DNA of 62,545 nucleotides, counting the filler, from Rhabdomonas costata (taxonomy: Eukaryota), in NCBI GenBank assembly GCA_019059605.1. It is 42 parts of 42 records of this genome, joined end to end, with 100 filler letters (N's around TTAATTAATTAA, not from the genome) between each part and the next. Parts side by side here need not be neighbours in the genome. Positions count along the whole stretch, not along the records: positions 11,936 to 13,329 come from JAHMHO010017294.1; positions 13,430 to 14,821 come from JAHMHO010017295.1; positions 14,922 to 16,313 come from JAHMHO010017296.1; positions 16,414 to 17,805 come from JAHMHO010017297.1; positions 17,906 to 19,297 come from JAHMHO010017298.1; positions 19,398 to 20,786 come from JAHMHO010017299.1; positions 20,887 to 22,278 come from JAHMHO010017300.1; positions 22,379 to 23,770 come from JAHMHO010017301.1; 34 more parts are not named here. One strand, written 5' to 3'. The translations under genes were made by a program, and so were the position numbers. The notes beneath the pieces are model-generated. The model had not been told where the DNA came from. It searched no databases and saw nothing but the letters and a program-made list of their open reading frames with translations. Positions 12,472 through 25,200 of this stretch are shown here, one piece after another. Within the stretch, counting starts at the first letter, position 1. Each line of letters begins with the position of its first letter.

Positions 12472-13309
12472 CTGGGACTGGCCGTGGCCGTGGCCGAGCT
12501 GGCCACAGCCCCCGTCGCCCCAGGAGTACACGTATCCATCCGCCGCCAGGGCCAGAGTGTGCACCCCGCCGCACTCCAGCCGCCGCACCGCCTTCCCACA
12601 TAGAGAGACCACCACAAAGGGCAGCGCGCGTGGTTCCTGAAATTTCGCGCCACGGCCACAATGCGAAAGGAGGTGGGAGGGTGGGGCACAGCGGAGGTTT
12701 CAGACCATGCATCAGCGTCTGTCCCGAGTGGCGAACTCCTTTGGCCCTTTTTGACCCTCCAATCCGCCCTATCCAGCGTAAAATCAACAAGATGGAAAAA
12801 ATCCACCCAAGGCTGTTCTGATTCATTTTCATTGATTCAGGGACAATGTACGGGACAATGTACGACCATTCCAAGCACAGGAGATGGTCCAGTAGGTGTA
12901 TGTTGCCGAAAGCCGGCAAGGACAGTCCAACTCCACCAAACTTTCGTGGCTGCAGGTGTTGGGCCACTCCTTCAAAACTGACTCTCTTTCAAAGACGGTC
13001 CTGCCTTGGAGGTCACACACATGCACAATCACACATGGATACCTTTGTGTCGTAGGACTGGCCCCAGTAGTACACATCCCCAGACTCGGCCAGCGCGCAG
13101 CAGTGGCGGTTACCGCACTGTACCCGCAGTACAGGAAGCGCGGCCAGAGGCCCGCCTACCCGCGCCGGGAACAGGCCGTTAGCCAGGCTGCCGGTGCCGA
13201 GCTGCCCATGCATTCCCACCCCCCAGCACAGCACCTCTCCCTCCTCCGTCAGCGCCACGCTGAAGCTCCGCCCGGCCTTCACGTAGGCCACAGGTCGGCC
13301 CACCAGGGC
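12472..13309 (-). CDS. RCC1-repeat protein (exons 13309-13043 and 12636-12472)
   Basis: Motifs VKAGRSFSVALTEEGEVLCWGVGMHGQLG, VQCGNRHCCALAESGDVYYWG and LECGGVHTLALAADGYVYSWGDGGCGQLGHG. A phase-0 GT-AG intron joins the exons. Confidence 0.93.
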
Positions 13310-13687
13310 CTATGGGTTTGATACATTCGNNNNNNNNNNNNNNNNNNNNNNNNNNNNNNNNNNNNNNNNNNNNTTAATTAATTAANNNNNNNNNNNNNNN
13401 NNNNNNNNNNNNNNNNNNNNNNNNNNNNNTTTGTGTGTGCACCTGTTGTACCTTTACCCCGTGTGTGATTCAATTGCTTTCCTATAGTGTTTGTCATTCG
13501 CTCGCCATCTTCCTGCCTTGCCAGTTTTTTCCCTTGGCTCGTCCTCTGCAACTTGTTGCTTTGTTCCTGAATCGCTGTCTTGGCCACGCCCGTTGCCACT
13601 GCGCTTTCGTTTTTTTGCTACCACCGCCGACACCTGACAGCTGACATTGATAATAACCTCTTTGGTCACCTTTTCTCATTTTTCCAG

Positions 13688-13924
13688 GCCGCTGCTGGTG
13701 CCCGCCCGTCCTCTGCCGCAGCAGCAGCGGGTGGGGTTCCTCCTAGTCCCTTTGCCGCGGCAATGGCCGTGCCCTCCGTGGCGCTGGCAGCTGAGTTGAC
13801 GGAGCTGGGCGGGGGCTCCTCGGGGCGGGCCTCCACCCTCACTACCAGCAGCACTGCCTCGCGCAGCTCCCCACACATCCGCAGCCTCGCTCAGAAGATC
13901 CGCGAGACCCGCCGCCTCAGCTGA
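13688..13924 (+). CDS. Probable terminal exon of an unknown Ala/Ser-rich protein
   Basis: Pyrimidine tract plus CAG acceptor, followed by a GC-rich frame ending ..RSLAQKIRETRRLS*. Confidence 0.45.
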   Translation, partial: AAAGARPSSAAAAAGGVPPSPFAAAMAVPSVALAAELTELGGGSSGRASTLTTSSTASRSSPHIRSLAQKIRETRRLS

Positions 13925-15349
13925 GAAGAGATGTGGATGGGGTAATGGCCGCGCGGCCGAATGATCCGGCCCTGGAGGCCTGCGCATTCCCCGAACCAAG
14001 AACCTTATTTTTGTCTGTGTAATGGGGAGCAGCTTCTGAACGCGGATCAGGTGGGCTGCCTTGCCAGTAGTGGGAGTGTTGGTTTGGGGGGGTGTTCCGC
14101 TGCCGGGCGGTGTTCATGCGTTTGGTAGGTATTTGTGCTTGTACAGGCAGTGCTTCTGTGGAGGTTGGGGTGGAAAAGCGTATTGGCTATACACTTTGTG
14201 TGACTGTGTAGTCTCACCATGCACCCCAAGGTACCCTGTGGGGATGTTGTTGCACGGGTTGTTTTTTCTGCCCTGTTTTTTGTTTTATCGCCGTTGCCTT
14301 CTTTTTTTGTACATATTATGCAGCGCTTTTTCGCTGCCGCGACTGGTCTGACCTTCAGACACTGAAGGTCACGGGGACTTTGCTGAACCGTTGCCACGTC
14401 TGATTTCTTTTCAGAAAGTTTAACAAAGAATATAGTGCGAATGCTGTCCTTATTGTTATTGCAAAAAAAAAATTGAGCTTTGGTGGGAGGAATCCCATGG
14501 GCTGATGCTTAGAGTGCCTTGGCTCTTGCTCAAATTCGGCGGCTGGTTCGCAGCCAGAGCTCGCTGTGAGTGTGGGGGCTCGTTTATATTTAGAAAACAC
14601 ATGAATCACCCCGTGCTAACAGGTGGTGTTGCATTGCAGGAATAAAATGAAACTGGGAGAGCATTCCGCCACAAGCTCAGCGCCCTTTGGCAACTCCGCT
14701 GATTCTGGTAAGCTGGGAAGAAGTAAGTCACACAGCCCCAAAAATAAACCTGAAAGGCCCGGAAAGACTGAACTATAGCTGAAAGTAAGAGTGCTGTCCC
14801 CGGCTCTGGGCCTCTGGTGCANNNNNNNNNNNNNNNNNNNNNNNNNNNNNNNNNNNNNNNNNNNNTTAATTAATTAANNNNNNNNNNNNNNNNNNNNNNN
14901 NNNNNNNNNNNNNNNNNNNNNTGCCGTGCCCTGGGGCCCTGCCCGCCGTACCACCCCAGCGCGTACGCCGAGAGCATCCAGTGCAACCACGTGGAGCACT
15001 GGAAGCGGCTGCGAGCAAAGCGGGTGAGCGTGCATACCGAATGCCATGGCGTGTGATGTGCTGTCTTGGTTCCTTGCATGCAAAAGTGCCCGGTTGGTAG
15101 GGCATTGTTTTGGTGGCGCAGCATTGGGGAGTGGGATGTTTCTATGGAGATGAATACGCACGAGCTATACGTGTACCAGCAGACACTGTGTCCCGGGAAG
15201 GCGAACTAAGTGCAAAAGGATCACGGGTTCCCAGGTTCTTTGGGCCCTGCGGTTGTTCGTCCTCAACTTGACCGTGTGGGCCAGCCTCGCCCAAGTGGTC
15301 CGTCACGTTGACTGCAATCACGTTCGTTACCATGAGCAGGTACCTGAAG

Positions 15350-16313
15350 ACTGAAACGATCTCGCCGAGCTGTCTGCAAACATTGTAACACACTGTTCCC
15401 AACCTCCAGAGGATGTGTCACATGTGACTCCCGGCAGGAAGTTCACCCACCTCGCAGGTCAGATACTTTGCCCGCTCCTTTGCCACCGGTACTTGCGGAT
15501 CCCATCAAAAGGGTATGTCATATCCCTGTGGCAATCAGTGTGACCTGTGGGTCTGTTTCTGTACTCCCCAAAACCCCGCTGGGGCCTCGGATAGCTTGGC
15601 AGCGCTTCTACGCGACGCACTCTCCGCCTTTTGTACCACACGAAGCACTCAATCACTCATTGACCAACCATTGTTCTTCTGCGCGCACAATTCTCACGAT
15701 GCCCCCTCGGGGAGGAGTTCACCACACCCGGGCTCTCGTGGACCAAATCTCGGAGCGCATTGCGCGTTGGCGGCAAGGTGAACGCCATAGCTTGTGGAAA
15801 TCCCTGATGGGCAAGAGTCTCAAGCCAGTGAAACCACCGAAGCAGGCACTATGCGGCAAACGGTACTACAAGCAGTTATTGAGGGTGCACTCAGCAAAGC
15901 AGCACAGCTGCTTATCCGAGAACGCGGTACCCTGCCTCGGGACATCCACCACCAGCTGTGCTGTGTGTCTCCATCCTTCCGCTGAGCCCCCCTCTATGCC
16001 CTCTTCTGAGCCAGCATTGGAGCCCTGCACCCCGGATGAGGTTCGCATAAGCGCTGTGCTCCTTCCCTCCCGGGACCTCTGCAGGACCTTCCGGATTGCG
16101 TCTCAGTCACCTGCGCCAGTGCCTTGATAATCCCGTCGTTGCAACTGAGTTACTTGTTGCATTGTTATCTAGAGCCTCCCTGTTGGTGAATGGTGCCGCA
16201 AGCCTCCCTCCGGATTCGGCTTTTTTCATGCGCGCCTACAGACTAGTTGCCCTGCCGAAACCGGAGGGAGGCTTGCGGCACCATTCACCAACAGGGAGGC
16301 TCTACACAACCAC
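15350..16313 (+). mobile_element. Degenerate CRE-like (restriction-endonuclease-type) non-LTR retrotransposon, 5' part of ORF
   Basis: Contains CKHC..CVTC, then LTMPPRGG..ISERIARWRQGERHSLW. After frameshifts come the pre-RT motifs SAGPSGLRLSHLRQ and RLVALPKPEGGLR (typical form LVALxKxxGGxRPI). Confidence 0.7.
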
Positions 16314-19115
16314 NNNNNNNNNNNNNNNNNNNNNNNNNNNNNNNNNNNNNNNNNNNNTTAATTAATTAANNNNNNNNNNNNNNNNNNNNNNNNNNNNNNN
16401 NNNNNNNNNNNNNAACGAAGAGCCAAAGAAAGAACGGGGAAGCCTCCATCTTGAAGTGAGCATCAAAACTCCAATACACAAAGTCTCAAAGCCCCACCCC
16501 GTTACCAGGCTTTGTTTGCACCCTTCAGTGTATATGTATCACACTGAGACGAGGTAATGCCATTTTTCCAAGAAGCATTCACTTCCTGGCATGCAAAATT
16601 GCTGTGAAGGACGCTCTTGGATGGTTTTTATCTTTCGTTAACATGCACGACCATGTATCACTGATTTATCAATCCATCCATCAATCAATAATTTAAATAA
16701 ATCAATCAATGAAATCTGTTTTTGCATCAAAATTAAGTCTCCAACTTCATTAAAACGTCTCATTGGCACTTACAAAATGAGGAATCTTGCAACAGTGTGG
16801 GAGGTGTTTCTATTTGCACTGTGAAGTTACCTGCATGTAGAGTGAGGAGACTAATTAAAACTACCATATTTCCGAGTGGATGTGTCGACCACCGCTAAGG
16901 TGGGGTGATGTCTAATTTGCTGATGCAAATGGAAGGTTGCTTGCGTTTATGTCCATATTCCTCGTATGACATCCTATTTCTTGTTCCACAGTATTCTTCT
17001 CATGTAAGGGCGCTTCGGCTTGCTTGCGTCTCTGCCGGCATAATCAGTGCAATTGCCAATACAAACCAAAAACCACCAAAAGCTCTACAAAGAATGAGAT
17101 ATGAATTCTTGCAATAGAACTTCGCGCCTAGTTGGGACCAGTTGGAGGGTAAACTGCAGGTTGTGGCTCGTGTTCAACTACCAAAGGGCCCACATTCGGG
17201 TTTGCGCCATCCGTGCCGAATCCACAAATGGAGGGACCCCAAAGGGGTCGGGCGGCCGAGATTACGGGATTAACCCCTTTCTCCAAGTAATGGTTCTTCG
17301 ACCAGAAGTTGGATGGTTATCGGTAATCGACGCCTAGGTATCGATATCAGCATATCAAGCACAAGCTAGACTCGTGTTAGTCAGCCGAACTGGTCCTGCG
17401 AGCTCAGAAGTGTGAGATATCGCCGAAACGCAGTCCGGTTACTTCGCTTGTCTGTCGAGTATCAGCCGAATTCAAAGTCAAAGTGCCCCGTGCTGAGGTG
17501 AGGCGGGGTATCACGCCTTCGGCAGAGGGCCCTACTCGATTGTTCACGAGCAACCCAACGTTGGCACGATTTACCTGTCGCGGACACTGTATACCTAAAA
17601 CAAATTTTGTCTGCCACACCTTCACTTGGGGCTTGTTCAAACAAGTGCGCCGCGTTCGTACCGTTGCTGGGTTAATTGAACAATACCCTGCATTTTCAAG
17701 ACAAAAAGGTCAATGCTTTTGTACCTTTTTTGGGGTGTGAAAAAACCCAGCAGCTGCATAGCCTGAGGCTGTGAGCTTTTATTTTGCATTCTTCCCCCAC
17801 CAACCNNNNNNNNNNNNNNNNNNNNNNNNNNNNNNNNNNNNNNNNNNNNTTAATTAATTAANNNNNNNNNNNNNNNNNNNNNNNNNNNNNNNNNNNNNNN
17901 NNNNNGTGGTGGGTGTGTTTGGTTGTTGGGTGCCCCATTGTGAAACAACATTGATTACTGGGGAAGGGGGGCACGTGTGCTTTGCACAGCGACCGCAAAA
18001 GTGCCCAAATGGCTTTTTCCAGCTAAAAAGACCAAAGTTAGGGGTGAAACGATGGTTTTTGGGCAAAAATTGATGAAAAAGGAAGCATTACAAAAGAAAA
18101 AAAAGCAAATTACAGTACACGCGGATGAGTGGGGTGGCAACGACACAAAAATTACTTGAGGGTAAGCCTCGTCTTGGGGAGGGCAAGAGGAGTTCCGGTG
18201 ACGGAGAAGCTTATTCCATTCCAATTTGACGAATGTTAATGTTGTAAATGACACCAGGCTCTCGACAAAACAAAACAAAACAATTTTGGTCAGAGCGAAG
18301 GGAGGCCAAAAAATTGAATAAAAATTTTCTTACCACCTCGACCCCTCGGGTCATACCCACCTTACGGATGCCAAGTTCAATTCCTTGTCCATCAATTTCC
18401 GGCTGAAATTTTATTTTTCATTTCCCAGTTCATTTACAGTCAGGTTTTTCTGGTTTATAATAATTTCATGATTTTTAGAAAATACCTTCACGTTTTAATA
18501 CGTTTTTTTCGAAAGTCAACCACTCACTAATTGGACCATCACCGCAAGTCGGAGCACTGGTGGCCGAAGCACAAGCGGAAACGGAAGCCGAGGAAGAGAG
18601 CGTCACGTCGGACGGGTCACTGTGATGGGTTAGGGGAGGGCAGGAAAGTATGGAGGGGTTCCCCCAGAGAGCAGTGACGGAGGGTACGCAACGAAGTGGG
18701 GGCCCCCCTGGGGTGCCGCTGGGAAGCGTTTCCCACAAAGTGAAGGGGCTTTCAGGTCCACTGCCATCCCCTGCAAGGTATAAGCAACATATAAGCATAT
18801 CGAATAAGGTAAAAGGCAAATACGATCAAGCAACCGCTTACCATCTTCAGTTTAATAGAAAAGCACAGCGAAAACGAAACGCGAAAAACGACCGCAACAA
18901 AAGAAAAACCTACCACACAAGCGGAGAACACACTTATGGTATGCCGCACTCTGCCTGCCTTCATAGAGTGCGCAGGCCCAAAAGAAAGAGAATAGTACGA
19001 GACGGAGTTCTTTCTCGAGTTTTTCCAACCGCTTTTTGCCATTGTTTACACAAGCTGAAGATGTAACCTGGGAGAGGGAAAATAGGATTAAAATGCATGG
19101 CACGCAGGTGTGTAC

Positions 19116-19297
19116 CTCCACGGACCACCCCTGCCTCGAGCAAGGGATGGACCCAATGCTGCAGGGTGGCCAGTGCCACCCCAGCTGGCCGGCCAGCACC
19201 GCGGGGAGCATCGTGCCCCCGGCCGCCTCCAGCGCATACAGCACCCCGAGCTGCGCCGGGGTCACCACCACATCCCGGGACTCACCACCCCACACCC
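19116..19297 (-). CDS. Exon resembling a cullin/APC2 homology region, with a 1-nt frameshift
   Basis: VVVTPAQLGVLYALE..AVLAGQLG continues, after one missing G in the G-run at 19179-19182, as VALATLQHWVHPLLEAGVVRG. A GT donor follows. Confidence 0.4.
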
Positions 19298-21445
19298 NNN
19301 NNNNNNNNNNNNNNNNNNNNNNNNNNNNNNNNNNNNNNNNNTTAATTAATTAANNNNNNNNNNNNNNNNNNNNNNNNNNNNNNNNNNNNNNNNNNNNGTG
19401 GGGGTGGGGTCTCCTCACGACAAGAAGGCGCGGGTTGAGCGCTTAAAGGCTGCCCAGGCGGCTGCAGGAGAGCAGGAGATGAGGGTACCCAGAGTTCCGT
19501 CCTTCCCAGTTGCCTCCTCCTACACTTCTTCCTCGCACACACGGGACCCCGTCAGTCCCTCAGCAGGCTCCCCCCGAGCCTTGCTCCTAGGCTCACGCAG
19601 CGTCGGCTGAGCTGAGGTCCCTACATTGGGAACAATTTTAGTTTAGAATCGAACAAAAGCGATTTAAAGCTAATGTAAGACATGGTTGGCCGGTGGGGCT
19701 GCTTGCGAACATGTCTGATGACCTGCCTCACCGTCACTAGGTGAGTTCTTCCCAGTAGTTCTTTTGAGGACTTTCAGTTTATGAAAGGTTTCTCAGTTTG
19801 AAAGTTTTCAGCAGTCCAGAGCACATGTAAAAGATCTCGAAAACAAATATGAACACTGTATCGCATCAAGTTGCACAGTAATCGAGTCATTTAAGCCCTT
19901 GTCGTTCAAAGTCGTACTAAGTTTCGAACGTCTCCCACGTCTCATGATTCCCGATTTCAGCAGCACTTGGAAAAAGAGTATCCAGAAAAGAGAAGAAACA
20001 AAGACACCACAACAAGTGGATCAACCCTGGAAACTTCAAAGCCTTCAAAGTCTTGTCAAGTATGCATGTCCACCTAATGTATCAAATAGAAGAGTTTTGA
20101 AACGTGAGCGTAAGAAAAATTAATTTCCTAGAATTATTTCCCAAGAAAATAACGCACAACAAAAAACAGGCAGACTTTGCATTGGGATTTCATGGGTAAT
20201 ACCAGGCGCCTGTATTCATATCCTAACAATTTGGACGAAAGAGAACAAATTAATTACACAAAGTTTAACAACCTAAAACTTTTCTTTTCTTATATTATGT
20301 TTTTTGTGAATAAAGTGCACCTTTTTGAAAATGGAAATCAAGGCCGTGGATACGGAATTTTTGACATTTACGAATTGGGTTGAAGGGTGTGTGTTCAATA
20401 TGTTGCAAAACGTTGGGCTTTGGATCTTTGCTCCATATTTAGTTGTGAGCAACCGCAACATAGACCCCTCTGAGAACCGCGTCCATCAACGACAACCCAC
20501 CTTCGCCGTCAGTGGCTCCAGCGGCAAGGATGGCGCCCCTTTAGCAAAGCGAAGTGCAGCAGCTGAATCAAGTTGTTTCTTGGACACCGTCGAGGGACGT
20601 GGGTCATAAGGATTCTTAAATCTTAAACCTTGCTCGTTTTAATTCCGGGCGCGTTGGCCTTGTTAGCTTTATGGTTGCTTGTTCTTTGCTGTTGATAGCG
20701 CTTATGCAGCCTTCGCTGTAGTGTTATGGCGCCCGGAATTAAAACGAGCAAGGTTTAAGATTTAAGAATCCTTATGAGCCACACCCNNNNNNNNNNNNNN
20801 NNNNNNNNNNNNNNNNNNNNNNNNNNNNNNTTAATTAATTAANNNNNNNNNNNNNNNNNNNNNNNNNNNNNNNNNNNNNNNNNNNNGTTCACATTCTCAC
20901 TCTCTCCATGCACACTTTCCTCCCATTCCCCGCCCTCCACTGCGAAGGCCCTCGAAGGGCGACAAAGTGCGTCCGACGTGACCATTCAATCCCGTGAAAG
21001 AAACTGACTTCCGTGCAAGCAAACCTTTCCCTTCCAAATGCAGGGCAGCCGTGGTGCAACATTTTCCAGGCAAGGCAGATGCAGCAAGGCCACACATACA
21101 CAAAGAGAGTGAGAGTGAGCGGAAGGAAAGCACAAGCACCGGAATGTGGGGACAAGAAGTTGTGGACACACCTCTCTTGCTCCCAGGTCAGAAGGAATTG
21201 GAGCTACGGAAAGAGGTGGCAATAGCGAAAACGCTCCCCACACCCGGATCGTAGAACCCTTCCTTACCTTGAAAAACAAACCTTGTTGACCCACCACCCC
21301 TTTCAGGCCCGCCCCCCTATCGTGTCCATTTTGTTCGGCGTAATTTATTACGATGGCAGCAATGAGTGTATATACAAAGCAATCAAAAAAGACGCCGCAC
21401 ACCCCAACACTACCACAGCAAGGGGTTGACCTCTGCCACAGGGAG

Positions 21446-22224
21446 TTAGCGGGCCATGCATCCCAAATCCCCTCCACAGGGCTGCTGCTGTTGATGCGGC
21501 TGCTTCGCTGCGCCTTCAGGCTTGGGGTCCTTGGGCTCCGCAAGAAGACGTTCGCAGGCAGGCCTGTGGACAATAAAAATGCAACCCCAACCGGACTCAC
21601 GGCTTTGTTATCTCCATGTCATTTATACATCTCTGCTGCTAAATATACTAAAAATCGAACGTAAGGAACTGTAAAACCGAAAAGCCCCCGACAGCGCCTT
21701 CCCTTCACCCCCTCTACCGACACCCACACACAGACACGGAGCCTCCGAGACACGAGCATGGATCAGTGCGCGTAACCCTCGGGAAAGGCGGCGACACAGG
21801 CCCGAGACCTTTGCGGGTAGCACGGAGGCCTTCATAAGTAAACGCACGGCGGTGAGCCGGTGCTTCCACCGCGACTGTACGTTGCGAAGTTATACATCCT
21901 GCGAGCATCGCTGTGGCGACCAATGGCTGCGCCCAGAAGTCGATAGCGGTCACTAGCAGTCAATAAGGTAACAGCCAGCGCGCTATGTGCCATCACCACC
22001 ACCACCACCACCCACACACACAGAGACACGGCACGTGACACACCTGGGAAGCCAGCGGTGCTCAACCTGCAGGCAGTAAGATTGGTAGCCTCCGGTGAGC
22101 GTGCGGGCGTCCACCCCGAGGCGGGCCAGGGCGCAGGCCGCATTGTGCGAGTTCTGGCCCACGTTGCAGTGCACAAACACGGGGCGGTCTCGCGGCAGTT
22201 CCCCCGCCCGTTGCCTCAGCTGCC
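21446..22224 (-). CDS. Rhodanese-domain protein, 3' exons (22224-22044 and 21563-21446)
   Basis: GQLRQRAGELPRDRPVFVHCNVGQNSHNAACALARLGVDARTLTGGY includes the rhodanese active-site Cys loop and the C-terminal LxGG. A phase-2 GT-AG join leads to a last exon ending in TAA. Confidence 0.85.
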
Positions 22225-25200
22225 CTGCGTCCCGGAAAGCGCCACACGGACCCCACTTCAACTGCATTCCAAAAAAACNNNNNNNNNNNNNNNNNNNNNN
22301 NNNNNNNNNNNNNNNNNNNNNNTTAATTAATTAANNNNNNNNNNNNNNNNNNNNNNNNNNNNNNNNNNNNNNNNNNNNGGTGTGGTGGTAAGATCTTTGT
22401 ACTTCTCATTGAGCTTGAGCCGCTGTGGTGGAACTGGAGCTGGAGGGACACAGTTCACTTGATCAAGATTCTTGATCAACTCCAAACGTATTTGCGCACA
22501 CACAAATTCTTCCGCTTTCAATATTCCTTTCGGCGTTGGCGGCGAGCAGCGCACAAACTGAAGATTCCACCTCTTTCAGACTGGGAGGCCAGACTGTGAT
22601 AGCGGCTCGTCCATTGATATGAGCGGGATTACCGCAGTTTGGTTTAGTGCTGGCTGATGTGGCAGATTACGCCTTGCTCTACCGAAATGTGAGCTAATGC
22701 CTCGACTGTGGCAACACGAAAATGCTTCAAATGGCAACTTGTGATATACAAGGAGAAGATTTTCCAATTCCGGGGCGGCAGAAATGGAAGATGCCGCATG
22801 CCGTACGTCCAACTGCCGTGTGACGTCGGCTTCGGGGTCTATTACTTGTTGGGTTGGCTGCTCTGAAGCATGAGGAGCTGCCTGTGGTTCCGAAAACGAA
22901 CTAATTCAAGATGATCCAAAACAATATTTACCTCGCACACTCCACAAGTTGTGGAACAACGCGCACGGGGTGTTTCTCAATGTAATCCAACGTCAATGGC
23001 GCCACTGGATCACCACTCTTGACGTGGTCAGGGGACATTGGAGTCAATTAGGTCAAAGATGCTGCTGTAGCTGTATAATTTGACGGTTCATTCACCATTG
23101 CACACAAAAGGGGCTGAAAGCTTTGCACCTACATCGGAGCGGATGATGTGGAGCATTGGATTGAGGTCAGTGCTGTAGGTGTGTCCGAAGACAACGCTGT
23201 AGCGTCAAGTGTCGGCTCGGCTTTTACCTGGGCTCGTACTGGTTGCCATGCTGCATCATATGCTTGGGCTAGTTGGTGGACGGGCAATCGAGTTTTTTGA
23301 TTTTTCTGAAGAAAAATGATATAGAAAAGCACGTGACAACATCCAGCCTTGTATTATCTCCGCAAAATGTTGCGAAGCTGGCTGAGGCAGTCGGACAACA
23401 AAGCTAGAAAATGTTCTCCGCAGACCATGTCTCTCTGAATCTGTAGATCTAAGAAGGAATGGACTTCCATGCTGTCTCTGGATCACGGCGGAGGGATCTC
23501 CGCAAGCAAACTCCCGTGCTCAGAGAAAACTCATGTCTTGCTGGTCCACGATGGATGGCTATCAGAAAACAACATCCCGCGGTCCCGACATGTGCACCAG
23601 GCGTCCAGAAGTTTGCAGAACTGAAATCTCCCGTCGGGATCGCTCCGAACGTGCTGCGGGGGAACTGTATTGTCTCATAAACTTTGATGACCTCCGCAGT
23701 CAACATATGTTTTGGCGGCTCCTCAACCTGAATGTTCAGTGTGGGCTTAGGCGCTACGCACGCCAAAACCNNNNNNNNNNNNNNNNNNNNNNNNNNNNNN
23801 NNNNNNNNNNNNNNTTAATTAATTAANNNNNNNNNNNNNNNNNNNNNNNNNNNNNNNNNNNNNNNNNNNNTTGTGCTACGGTGTGTGTTCCTCGATGCCT
23901 TCCGTGTTGTTTGACGTGTGGATTTACGACGTGTGGATTTCTGGGGCCAGGGTGTCAGGACGTTGCGATGGTGGTGTTGGATGTTGTCAGTGCTTCTTCA
24001 GTGCATGCGTCTCGAAGTGTGAGTGTGGGTTCAGGGTGTCAAGGTCTCCGGATTTCAGGGTTTGTGGGTTTCACGTGCTGAGGGTCTCGAGGGGTTCTGT
24101 GTGTGTTGGTGATGCTGAGTACTGCCTTGATGTGAGAGAGTGATGGATGCGTGTTTCTGGGACCTAGGGGTGCTTTTGACGTGAAGGTGAGAGGTTTCAA
24201 CGTGAGGGGGTGTCTTTGAGCGTAAGGGGTATTCTATCGCTGATGCCTTTACCTCTACTACGGATGGATCGCTACGCACCCATCCTTCGTGACCCTGATG
24301 CTGAGATGATGCCTTGATGACCTAATGCATGACTCCGATTCCTACGCATCCTCGACTTGGGGACACTGGGGTTAAAGATGCTAGGTAAAAGAATGCCTTG
24401 ATGTCGGTCGTCACTCACTGCGTTCGTTCCTCCCTCCTAGATGTGATGGTTCATGCCCTCCACCGCATTCACCTCTCATCCCTCCCTCTGTCAATCCGGT
24501 GGTAATCACTCCCACGGGTTGGTGTACATAGCCATAGACATAGCCATTACCTATAGCCATAGCCTACCACTGATACACGCACAGAACCAAACCATACCAC
24601 GCTCAACACCAACAGATACCATTACCGCGAACTATACCGTTGCCAAAAATTACGCTTCGCCGACTCACCAACATCAACAGAACCACGTCCAACACTAACA
24701 GAAGCACATCCAACCATGGATAATCTGCCTACTAAATCAGTTCATCACTTCGTCGTGGTCCACCAGACCCGGTGACACTTCCGGCTTGGTTTGTACGCAT
24801 ACGTGGTTTCCAGCCCAATGCTCATAACCAGGTTCAACTAGCCACTTCTCAGTACCTGCGCATCAAGGAACTCCGAAGGGACACCGACCACGAAACCAGA
24901 ATGCCGATAGCCGATACATAGACAGCCTGTGTTCCAACGCCGAATGCTGAATGCCAAATCCAGAAACATACACCCACGCAAAAATTCGCACCGCGCAAAA
25001 ACAAAACCGTGACCGAAATTCCAACCCCGTGAGAAATCCACAATCCGACCTCACTCTCAACACACCACCAACCCTACGCCCACTCCATTATCATACCACA
25101 CCAACCAAGACCAAAACCACAACCCAGAGACGCAAACGTATGCCGCAGAGGCCTACACACCGAAGCCCACACCCACACCTTAAACTCCACCTCTGAACCC

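Noticed and set aside
17560-17610. RYTVSATGKSCQRW resembling a kringle motif
   Set aside because: The remaining kringle cysteines and the NYCRNPD motif are absent.
19652-19672. AACAAAAGCGATTTAAAGCTA resembling the 5' half of a euglenozoan spliced leader (also TGTTTCTGTACT at 15554)
   Set aside because: Each match is partial. The other half, the donor site and the Sm site are absent.
20604-20777. 49-bp perfect inverted repeat (20604-20652 and 20729-20777)
   Set aside because: It ends at the contig terminus next to primer-like sequence, which is typical of an amplification fold-back chimera.
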